A stretch of 64,000 nucleotides of DNA from Candidatus Eiseniibacteriota bacterium (GTDB lineage Bacteria > Eisenbacteria > RBG-16-71-46 > CAVPCR01). The position numbers were made by a program, and so were the translations under genes. The notes below the pieces were generated by a model. That model searched no databases and had not been told where the DNA came from. It saw only the letters and a list, made by a program, of their open reading frames with translations. This document shows, piece by piece, positions 50,518 to 59,061 of the stretch; within the stretch, counting starts at the first letter, position 1, and each line of letters opens with the position of its first letter. The stretch spans positions 64,001 to 128,000 of the forward strand of contig CAWGMA010000001.1 in NCBI GenBank assembly GCA_963823555.1, read 5' to 3'.

Positions 50518-50637
50518 GGAAGCCCCTTCGTTCCGATCGATGCTAGACTCGCCGCGCCCCAGCTCGAGGCGCGAGCAGAGTGCGCGCAGCCGTCCGCTTT
50601 CCTTGACGACCCATCCCGTTAACGGCCAATCGACAAG

Positions 50638-52080
50638 ATGACATCGAACCTGGACGCGCACTTGCCGCCTGAAGCGACCTTCATTGCCCGTTTCCGCCAG
50701 CGCGCCAGACTGACCTGGGTGCTTCTCGTCTTCACCCTCGCCTACAGCACCCTGGCGCTCCTCGATGGCAGGCTCAACGGCAATCCAGCGAGCCTGATCG
50801 AGTTCGGGGCCAAGGATCACCTGCTCATTGCCTCCGGAGATTGGTGGCGCCTGTTGACCGCCGCTTTCCTCCACCAGGGCGTGCTGCATCTCGCCATCAA
50901 CGGCTACGCCCTGTGGATACTCGGGAGCTTCTGCGAGGTCATGTATGGGCGTGCCCGTTTCCTCCTCATCTACGTCGGGGCTGCTCTTGGCGGCTCGCTC
51001 GCGAGCAACTACCTCACGCCCCAGAATGCGGTCGGAGCCTCGGGGGCCATCTTCGGCTTGCTCGGGGCGGCGCTCGTCTTCGGGTTCCGTCACCGATCGC
51101 GAATTCCTGCGCTCATGGGCAGGAGGCTGCGCGGGTCGCTCATGTTCTGGCTTGTCGTCAATCTCGCCCTCGGCGCGATCATTCCGGTCATCGACAACTG
51201 GGGGCATCTGGGCGGTCTGGCCGCCGGCACCTTGATCGCGCTCATTCTGGGCGATGCCGCCTTTGCCCGGCCGGGGCCACACGTCTTCTTGCGCGCTGCC
51301 GCGGTCACCGCGGCCGGCTTCGCGCTCCTCGCCATGGGTCTCGGGATCTGGAACCGGCTCACGGTGTCCTATCCGACCCTCGCTGCCTGGGTGATCGCAT
51401 CGCAGGAGCTCGCCGCCGAGGACCCGGTGGGAGCCCTGGCCACGCTCGAGGAAGCGGCGGCGTCGGCGCGGGGACGGGAGCCCTGGCTGCTATTGATCCA
51501 GCTCGAGCACGTCCGGGCCCTCGAGGCGATCGGGGCCGGCACGCAGGCGGCCGCCATGGTCGAGGAAGCGGCGAACGGAGCGGCCTTCGCCCACGCCCGG
51601 CACCCGTGGGCCGGTGGCGCGGCCGATCAATTCATGGAATGGAAGCGCTATGCCGATGCGGAGCGGCTCTACCGGCGCGTGCTGGCCACCTCGAACTCGC
51701 CGGAAGCGGCGAACAATCTGGCCTGGATGTACCTCACCGCCGCGGACTCGACCTTCATCCGCCCAGCGGCGGCCTTGCCCCTGGCGGAGCGTGCGGTCGC
51801 CGCCGAGCCCGAGAACCCCTTCTATCTGGGCACGCTCGGCACGGCGCAGCTTCGCCTGTGGCGCCACCAGGCCGCGGCGGAGAACCTGCTCAAGGCCATC
51901 CATCTCCACGAACCGGGCAACGAGGGGACCGATCTCTACCTGCTCACGATCGCGCTGGCCGGGATGGGACACGGGGCCCAGGCCGAGACGGTCCTCGAGG
52001 AGGCCGTGGAGCACTTTCCCGAGGATCCCTTCCGTGAAGAGGCGGAGCGGGCCCTACGCCGGAAGTCACTCGCGATCTGA
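50638..52080 (+). CDS. Rhomboid intramembrane serine protease with C-terminal TPR domain
   Basis: WWRLLTAAFLH, HLAIN, GASGAIFG, GHLGG; TPR ANNLAW. Confidence 0.92.
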   Translation: MTSNLDAHLPPEATFIARFRQRARLTWVLLVFTLAYSTLALLDGRLNGNPASLIEFGAKDHLLIASGDWWRLLTAAFLHQGVLHLAINGYALWILGSFCEVMYGRARFLLIYVGAALGGSLASNYLTPQNAVGASGAIFGLLGAALVFGFRHRSRIPALMGRRLRGSLMFWLVVNLALGAIIPVIDNWGHLGGLAAGTLIALILGDAAFARPGPHVFLRAAAVTAAGFALLAMGLGIWNRLTVSYPTLAAWVIASQELAAEDPVGALATLEEAAASARGREPWLLLIQLEHVRALEAIGAGTQAAAMVEEAANGAAFAHARHPWAGGAADQFMEWKRYADAERLYRRVLATSNSPEAANNLAWMYLTAADSTFIRPAAALPLAERAVAAEPENPFYLGTLGTAQLRLWRHQAAAENLLKAIHLHEPGNEGTDLYLLTIALAGMGHGAQAETVLEEAVEHFPEDPFREEAERALRRKSLAI

Positions 52081-52104
52081 TCTCTCCGAGCCTCTGAAGA
52101 TCGC

Positions 52105-52446
52105 CTAGACGGAGTCGAGCTCGACTGCGCGCCCGAGCTTCTCGCTGATCAACCTCCCGAGGCAGGCAAGGAGCTCCTCGCCCTCCTGAGCTGTCGATAC
52201 GAAGCGGCCGCCGCGCGGCGCGAAGTGCCAGGCGCGCCGGTTGGCGGAAAGCCATATCTCCTGCGCCGGCCCGTTCAGGTTCAGGAGGAAGTGATCCCCG
52301 CTCTCGAAGCTCAACGTCAGCACGTTCTCCTCGAGATCGGTTTCGATCTCGTCGGCGTTGAGGCGATCGATCGCTTCCTCGACCGCCATCAGAGCGCGGC
52401 GGGCGCTCTCCTCGAAGTCGCGCGGCGTTATCTCGGGGGCCATCAT
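52105..52446 (-). CDS. cyaY: Iron donor protein CyaY (frataxin family)
   Basis: Acidic N-terminal helix, VLTLSF, LLN...QEIWLS...WHF. Confidence 0.85.
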   Translation of the reverse strand: MMAPEITPRDFEESARRALMAVEEAIDRLNADEIETDLEENVLTLSFESGDHFLLNLNGPAQEIWLSANRRAWHFAPRGGRFVSTAQEGEELLACLGRLISEKLGRAVELDSV

Positions 52447-52477
52447 CAGTTTGCGACCTTCCTTGGGTTGATCCTGG

Positions 52478-54004
52478 TCAGTCCTTCGCCTCCGCCGCGG
52501 CGAGCGGCGCGAGGAGGGTTGCGGCCTGGTCGAGGCGGGGGAGGCAGATCTCCTTACCGATGATCGCCATGCTCTCGAAGAGCGGGGGGCTCACCGACTG
52601 CCCGGTGATCGCGACCCGCAAGATGCCGAAGAGCTGGCCCGGCTTGAGCCCGAGCTCATCCGCCAGCGCTCGGAGCACGGGCTCGGTGGTCTCGTGATCG
52701 AAGTCGGGGACCTTGGAGAGCGTGACGCGTGCTCGCTCCAGGGCGCGAAGCGAATCGGCTGCGGTCAGTCCCCTGGCAACGAGATCGGCCGCATCGGGTT
52801 GCACATCGGCACGGAAGAAGAACCCGGCCATCTCGACGGCATCGTCGAGGGTGATGATCCGCGGCTGGATGAGCGGGGCAATGCGGATCAGCATCTCCTG
52901 ATCGGTGGCGATACCGGCCGCGGCAAAGAACGGCTGCACCCGTATCGCCAGATCGGCAGGCGCGAGTCGTCTCAGGTAGAGGCCATTGAAATGGTCCAGC
53001 TTCTCGTAGCTGACACGCGCCGGGGCTGGGTTCAGGCGCTCGAGGCGGAATCGCTCGCTCATCTCGGCGACCGTGAGCACGTCCTCGTCGTCGCCGAAGC
53101 TCGCACCCATGAGCGCGATCCAGTTCAAGATCGCCTCCGGCACGTAACCGAGCTCACGCAATCCGACCGTGGCCGGATGATCCCCGCTCTCCTTCCAGCC
53201 CAGCACGAAGATCGATTGCTCGCTGGTCACATCCCGCTTGCTCATCTTGCCCTTGCCGGATGGTTTCAGGAACACCGAAAGATGGCACCAGGTCGGTTCC
53301 TCCCAGCCGAAGGCGCGGATGACGAGTGCGTGCAGCGGGAAGGTGCCCAGCCACTCCGCACCGCGCAGGACGTGGGTGATTCCCATCAGGTGATCATCGA
53401 CCATGGCGGCCAGGTGGTAGACAGGGAGGCCGTCCGATTTGACGAGGATCGAATCATCGAGCGTCGAGTTGTCGATGGTGATCTCGCCGCGGAGACGGTC
53501 CCGGACCGTGGTGATCCCGGAGTCCGGGGCGCGAAAGCGGATCGTGTGCGGTTCACCCGCTCGGGCGCGCTCCTCGGACTCCGCCGCAGTCAGCCCCCGG
53601 CAGGTGCCGTCATAGCGCGTGTTCCGCTTGGCCGCAGCCTGGCTCTTGCGAACCGCGTCCAGGCGCTCCCGAGTGCAGAAGCAGCGAAACGCATGTCCCG
53701 ATGCGATGAGCCGAGACGCGTGCTCCGCATAGATGGCCCGGCGCTCGCTCTGCCGGTATGGCTCCCCCGGGCCGCCCCGGTCCGGACCCTCGTCCCACTC
53801 GATCCCGAGCCACGAGAGCGCGGCCATGATCTCGGCTTCATGCTCGGGGTTCGAGCGTCTCTGGTCCGTGTCCTCGATACGGAGGATGAAGCGGCCGCCG
53901 GTCTGCCTGGCGAACAGGAAGTTGTAGAGCGCGGTGCGCGCGCCCCCGATGTGAAAATGGCCCGTGGGGGAGGGTGCGAAGCGAACGCGAACGAGTTCGG
54001 ACAT
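52478..54004 (-). CDS. gltX: Glutamate--tRNA ligase
   Basis: RFAPSPTGHFHIGG, LRIEDTD, ITHVLRG, KMSKR, SPPLFE. Confidence 0.97.
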   Translation of the reverse strand: MSELVRVRFAPSPTGHFHIGGARTALYNFLFARQTGGRFILRIEDTDQRRSNPEHEAEIMAALSWLGIEWDEGPDRGGPGEPYRQSERRAIYAEHASRLIASGHAFRCFCTRERLDAVRKSQAAAKRNTRYDGTCRGLTAAESEERARAGEPHTIRFRAPDSGITTVRDRLRGEITIDNSTLDDSILVKSDGLPVYHLAAMVDDHLMGITHVLRGAEWLGTFPLHALVIRAFGWEEPTWCHLSVFLKPSGKGKMSKRDVTSEQSIFVLGWKESGDHPATVGLRELGYVPEAILNWIALMGASFGDDEDVLTVAEMSERFRLERLNPAPARVSYEKLDHFNGLYLRRLAPADLAIRVQPFFAAAGIATDQEMLIRIAPLIQPRIITLDDAVEMAGFFFRADVQPDAADLVARGLTAADSLRALERARVTLSKVPDFDHETTEPVLRALADELGLKPGQLFGILRVAITGQSVSPPLFESMAIIGKEICLPRLDQAATLLAPLAAAEAKD

Positions 54005-54186
54005 GATGGGCGCATTCTAGACGCGTGGTGGCCGGGGAGGCAAACGGCCGCGTCCCACAGAGAGGTGGCCCGCGTCCCCTTCGTGGGCTATGCTCTCATC
54101 ATCCGGCGCCGCTAGACCGGCCCCCCGATCCCCTCCGGTTTCTCCCAGCGCGCAGCCCGAACCCAGCTATCCACGGAGCCCGATCC

Positions 54187-55920
54187 ATGCGTGCCCTGCT
54201 TCGATCCCTGGGCGGCCCCTGCCGCGATGGCGCTGGCGTCATGGTCCGCGTGGCCTTCGCTCTGGGCCTCGCGCTTCTCGCCCTGGTCATTTCCGGCCGC
54301 TCCGCCACCGCAAGCGAGGCTTTCCACCTGACCCGGCTCGATCACCTCGCGCTCGGCCCTCCGGAGACCGTGACCGACGTCGACATCGAAGCCGGGTTCG
54401 CCTATGTGGGGCGCGGGCCCGAAGGACTCTCGATCATCGACGTCTCCACGCCGGGCGCCATCCAACGGGTCGCCGATTTCAACCTCGCCGGCCAGCTCGT
54501 CGTCAACGATGTCGCCGTCGCCGGCGGGCGGGCCTACCTGACCAACGAAGGACACAACGGAGTCGCGGTCTACATCCTGGATGTGCGGGTGCCGGCGGCG
54601 CCGGCCGTGATCGGAGCCATCATCGCCCCTGTGCTCAACATCGCCCACAATCTGTTCATCGACGGCGATGTGCTCTACGTGGTCGGGCACGAGGGGGTGC
54701 GGGGCTGGCGAACGCGCATCTTCAACGTGCGCGACCCCCTGGTGCCCGTGCTCCTCGCCGAGCTGACAACGCCCGGAGCGCACGACATCACGGTCCTCGA
54801 CGGGGTTCTCTATGAAGGAGGGGGGTGGGGCGGGCTGCATCTCTGGGATGTGCGCGATCCGGCGCACCCCGTGCACCTGGCAGCCGCCGATACCAACGAG
54901 GGGCAGCGGCCCCATTACCACGCCCACAGCGTGTGGCCCAGTGCGGATCGCCGCCACGTCCTCGTCATGAACGAGATCGAGAGCTGGTGGCCGGGCGGCA
55001 TCGTCGCCGGGGGCATGCGCGTCTTTCGCTGGGACGGGGGAGAGCGCCTCGAGCTCGTCGCCACGTGGCGGCCGGACGTGGCCCAGGGCTCGCCGCTCAC
55101 GGCGATCCACAATGTGGTCGTGCATGGCCAGCATGCCTTCATCAGCCACTATCAGGCCGGGGTGCGCGTTCTCGATATTGCCGATCCCGAGCATCCGGTC
55201 GAAGTTGGCTTCTTCGATACCTATCCAGGAGAGCCGCGGGCGCTGTTCGGAGGTTGCTGGGGTATCGATCTCGGCTCCGAGGCGGAGCCTCTCATCTATG
55301 CCAGCGATCGCGATCGTGGTCTGTTCCAGCTGCGTTTCGACGGCGCTCGGCAGGCCGATCTCGCGGGCAGCATCATCTCGGCAGCGGGCGGGCTTCCGGT
55401 TCCCGGAGCCATCATCCGCCTTCTTTCTGCCGGTCGCATGACCGTGAGCGATGGCGCTGGCCGCTTCCAGGTGGCGACAGCAGAGGGTTCTCACCGGCTC
55501 GAGATCCGGGCGCCCGGCTACCGGCCGCTCATCCTCGAGGTCGACCTGTCACCGGGTCCACAGCCGCCACTGACGATCCGCCTCTCACCGCTGCACGGGA
55601 CCGACGTGGTCGAGGCCCCCGCGGTCTCGCCTGCGCCGAGCCTGGAGGCCAGCTATCCCAATCCCTTCCGCAGCTCGGTGGCGATCCCCTTCGTCCTCGG
55701 CACCCAGGTGGTGAGCCCTGTGTCGGTCCGGCTCACCGTCCATGACCTGAACGGGCGCTGCGTGCGCATCCTCCTCGATGGGCCGGCTTCCGGCGGGAGA
55801 CAGGTCGTGCGCTGGGATGGGCGCGATGATCGCGGGCGTCCGGTTGGCACGGGAGTCTACTTCGCGCGGCTGGTTGTTGATGGGATGACGGCCACGCGCC
55901 GCCTGGATCGCCTGCGGTAG
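54187..55920 (+). CDS. Secreted LVIVD-repeat (choice-of-anchor B-like) beta-propeller with carboxypeptidase-regulatory-like domain and FlgD-Ig CTD
   Basis: GLSIIDVS and GVRVLDIADP repeats; His motifs AHN, AHD, AHS, IHN; C-terminal YPNPF...WDGRD...TGVYF; start 54187 or 54241. Confidence 0.82.
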   Translation: MRALLRSLGGPCRDGAGVMVRVAFALGLALLALVISGRSATASEAFHLTRLDHLALGPPETVTDVDIEAGFAYVGRGPEGLSIIDVSTPGAIQRVADFNLAGQLVVNDVAVAGGRAYLTNEGHNGVAVYILDVRVPAAPAVIGAIIAPVLNIAHNLFIDGDVLYVVGHEGVRGWRTRIFNVRDPLVPVLLAELTTPGAHDITVLDGVLYEGGGWGGLHLWDVRDPAHPVHLAAADTNEGQRPHYHAHSVWPSADRRHVLVMNEIESWWPGGIVAGGMRVFRWDGGERLELVATWRPDVAQGSPLTAIHNVVVHGQHAFISHYQAGVRVLDIADPEHPVEVGFFDTYPGEPRALFGGCWGIDLGSEAEPLIYASDRDRGLFQLRFDGARQADLAGSIISAAGGLPVPGAIIRLLSAGRMTVSDGAGRFQVATAEGSHRLEIRAPGYRPLILEVDLSPGPQPPLTIRLSPLHGTDVVEAPAVSPAPSLEASYPNPFRSSVAIPFVLGTQVVSPVSVRLTVHDLNGRCVRILLDGPASGGRQVVRWDGRDDRGRPVGTGVYFARLVVDGMTATRRLDRLR

Positions 55921-56574
55921 GGGCCAAGTTCCTCCGGTGCTTGCCGTTCAGCCCTGCCCTCGCACCGCTGGTCCCTCGCTCCGGTGCCCCGAAATCCAGC
56001 TGGGACCGGCCGGTCAATTTCTCTTGAAGCCCCCTTCGGGGCCGTGTTAACCTGCGCCCGCCTTAGGGCGGTTTCTCGCCCTCTTGGCAACCCTGGATAC
56101 CCAGCGACCTGGTTTTATGTCCCCTATGGTCATCTCGGGCCATCCAGCTCGGTTTAGGTTTCTTGAGGGACGGTGCCGGGCCGAAGTCGGACCGGGCCCG
56201 GACAAATACAACTATCCTCGAGGCAGCTCACTGCGTGAGCTGAACGGAGCCGAAGGCTCCGTTGTTGCTCCCGCCGGCCAGGTCATCTGACCGCGGTCGG
56301 TCCGAATCCCCCGCTGAGGCGAGCCTTCAGGGCTCGTCGGATTTCAGGGAAGAAGCGGCGCGGGTGCAAGTCGCCCGACGCCTTCCTCAACTGGCATGAA
56401 GCGGCTCTGACCGCTGTCCGCACCGGGGACCGCGATGCCCGGTGTCACCGCATGGAATGCGCAGCATGGATGCGGACGGCGGTTCGAAGGCCGGTCGGGT
56501 GACGGCAGCTCCTGGCCATCTTTCGATCGCTTCTCTAGCCTACTCGCTCTGGACCATTCCGGAGGACTTGCTAC

Positions 56575-58953
56575 ATGATGCAGATCTCTCCCCCTTCCCC
56601 GGCCCGACTCAGTCCCCATCGCATATTCCGCACTACCTCCAAGGTCTCCACCACGTTTTTCGCTCTCCTCTTCGCTCTCCTCGTCGTTGTCGGGTGCGCC
56701 GAAGATCGCACCCCACCACCCGAGGAGGTGTCCGCCCCCGAAAACGGGCGCCTCATGGAAGGAGCCCACGGCTCCGATGGCGACAGCTATGACGAGTTCT
56801 TGACGGCCGAAGGCTCCGTCGTCTACGAGGACCAGACCGAGTCCTGGAACGACTGGAGCATCTCCGTTCCCGAGCAGACCTGGATCGAACCCGGCAAGGG
56901 CAAGTGGATCGATTTCGGCGCCGGGGTCAACGAGGCCTTCTCCCCGGCCTTCGAGCACGGCTCGCGCGAGGTCCGGGTTCGTTTCTCCCTCTTCCTACCG
57001 GAGAACTTCCCCGTCTTCGGGCATCAGAGCTTCATCACCCCCCGCCAGCTATTCGGCCTCTCATCGAGCAACGAGGTCCTTCACCCGGAGGATCCCTTCT
57101 CGGCTCTCGAGGTCGAGCTGAGTCAGGCCCGCTGGCACATCGTGCCGCGCTGGCGCAGCCGGTCCGGAGGGGAAGTCGTCTCCGGACGCACCTTCGAGAT
57201 CCCGTGGGCGTTCACGAGCGGCTGGAACCAGATCGAGCTCGTGGCGCGCGTGCGCGACGGCGGGGCCAACGATGACCTCCAGCTGCGAATCGGTTCCAAG
57301 CGCTTCCTGTGGAAGGGAGTGGACCTGACGGCGGATCAGAACCCGTTCCGCTACTTCCATCTCGGTCGCTGGGAGCCGGGAGCAGGCGACCAGCTGGTCG
57401 CCGTGCGCAACCTGGAAGTGTTCGATATCTCCCAGAGCAGCAAGGCCATGTCGGATCCTCCGACCGGCGTCGACTACGCCAGCGGCGGCTACCGCGTGTC
57501 TGGCGGATTCTGGGATGGCTGGATGGTGCGCCGGCACTCCGACAACTGCGGGTCATCCCCCTGTGTCCGCTTCTACGATCGAGACGGCTACGGCGCCATG
57601 CGGGACCACACCCGTGGTGTGATCTGGATGGGCCCCGGCGTCGAGACCGAGGGTTCGGCCTCGATGCGTGTCCGGTTCCACGGATCGCAGCTGAACTCGA
57701 CCGACCACTCGCGCCAGCTGGCGTCGATCACGTCGCGACCGCTGGGTTTCACGCCGTCGGAGTACGGCCTCGAAAACCTGACCAAGATCACGTTCGATGA
57801 TCCTCGGCCCGGCAGTGTCCGCTTGATGCTCATCAACATCGTCGACGGGGTGCGCATCAACGATGGCCGGTGGCCCAATCGGCGGGTCGATGTCCCCTTC
57901 GCCAGCGAGGAGTGGGCGGACCTCGCGGTCAGCTGGCGGATGGAGGGCGCACGGCTCGCGGTGACGGTGAACGGGCAGTCGGAGACCTTCGATCTGCTTC
58001 GTGGGTCCGAGGCTCCCGGGGTCTATCTGAGTCTCGGCAACATGGATCCAATCTCGGGTGTGATCGACTTCGATGACATCCGCGTCGACGGCGAGAATCC
58101 CGACCCGGGCCCCGATCCCGATCCGGATCCCGATCCTCAGCCGCCGCCTCCGGATCCAGATCCCGATCCTCAGCCGCCGCCTCCCGACCCGGATCCCGAT
58201 CCTCAGCCGCCGCCCCCGGATCCCGATCCCGATCCGTTGCCGCCGCCACCACCGCCGCCGCCGGCGGGGACGGTGCTCTACCAGGAGAACTTCGAGGGCA
58301 GCGAACCGTTCCGCGGCTGGGTGGGGCGCAACGTGCGCTCCAACCTCCGGGTCATCGATCAAGGCGGGAACAAGATCGGACGGCTGGTCTATGACCCGCA
58401 CTCGGACTGGCTGGTCTCGTTCCTGCCGCGCCGCCAGGGCGTGATGGATCTCGAGGTCGAGTACTCGGTCCGGCTCCCGGTCGGCTTCCGCTACAAGCGG
58501 GATCAGAACGGTCAGATCATCGGTGGCGGCAAGCACTTCTGGCAGCTGACTTCCATCAATCGCTATCTCGGCGAGACGGTGGAGGCCGACGGCCGGACGC
58601 GCCTCGACTTCGGGGCGGCGAGCGACTTCGGCGACTGGAACATCACGGCCTACCGCAACACCGTGGGTGGAGGACGGCCGGGCGAGTTCGCCATGTGGTT
58701 CGATCGCGGCAATTACTTCACGCCGGGTCGCTGGCATCGCCTTCGCTGCCGCGTGCACATCAACCCGCGTCCCGGGGACAACTCGGGTCGGCTCGAGCTG
58801 TGGATCGACGGCGATCACAAGGGGACCTTCGGCGGTGAGTTCAACGTCGTGGGCCCGACCGGCGGGATCCGCGTCCTCGGGTTCGGCAATCTCGACAACA
58901 TCGAGGGTGCCCCCTACGTCGAGGTGGACGACATCCGCGTCATCGCCCGCTAG
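56575..58953 (+). CDS. Multi-domain lipoprotein: tandem beta-jelly-roll domains, Pro/Asp linker, C-terminal polysaccharide-lyase-like domain
   Basis: GGAGGA RBS; lipobox VVGC; C-terminal ENFE...GGGKH...PGRWH...GRLELWIDG...VDDIRV. Confidence 0.65.
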   Translation: MMQISPPSPARLSPHRIFRTTSKVSTTFFALLFALLVVVGCAEDRTPPPEEVSAPENGRLMEGAHGSDGDSYDEFLTAEGSVVYEDQTESWNDWSISVPEQTWIEPGKGKWIDFGAGVNEAFSPAFEHGSREVRVRFSLFLPENFPVFGHQSFITPRQLFGLSSSNEVLHPEDPFSALEVELSQARWHIVPRWRSRSGGEVVSGRTFEIPWAFTSGWNQIELVARVRDGGANDDLQLRIGSKRFLWKGVDLTADQNPFRYFHLGRWEPGAGDQLVAVRNLEVFDISQSSKAMSDPPTGVDYASGGYRVSGGFWDGWMVRRHSDNCGSSPCVRFYDRDGYGAMRDHTRGVIWMGPGVETEGSASMRVRFHGSQLNSTDHSRQLASITSRPLGFTPSEYGLENLTKITFDDPRPGSVRLMLINIVDGVRINDGRWPNRRVDVPFASEEWADLAVSWRMEGARLAVTVNGQSETFDLLRGSEAPGVYLSLGNMDPISGVIDFDDIRVDGENPDPGPDPDPDPDPQPPPPDPDPDPQPPPPDPDPDPQPPPPDPDPDPLPPPPPPPPAGTVLYQENFEGSEPFRGWVGRNVRSNLRVIDQGGNKIGRLVYDPHSDWLVSFLPRRQGVMDLEVEYSVRLPVGFRYKRDQNGQIIGGGKHFWQLTSINRYLGETVEADGRTRLDFGAASDFGDWNITAYRNTVGGGRPGEFAMWFDRGNYFTPGRWHRLRCRVHINPRPGDNSGRLELWIDGDHKGTFGGEFNVVGPTGGIRVLGFGNLDNIEGAPYVEVDDIRVIAR
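58098..58263 (+). repeat. Degenerate 30-bp and 6-bp tandem repeats encoding (PDPDPQPPP)n linker
   Basis: CCCGATCCTCAGCCGCCGCC recurs three times at 30-bp spacing. Confidence 0.9.
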
Positions 58954-59000
58954 CGGCACGGCGGTCATTCCTTGATCGACCGCGCGAGCGGTCAGAACCG

Positions 59001-59036
59001 GAAGGGGCCTCGCAGCATGAGCTGCGAGGCCCCTTC
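59001..59036. terminator. Hairpin terminator between convergent genes
   Basis: Perfect 16-bp stem GAAGGGGCCTCGCAGC/GCTGCGAGGCCCCTTC. Confidence 0.85.
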
Positions 59037-59061
59037 TCTCGTGCGCCCGGCTGGTCTCGGG

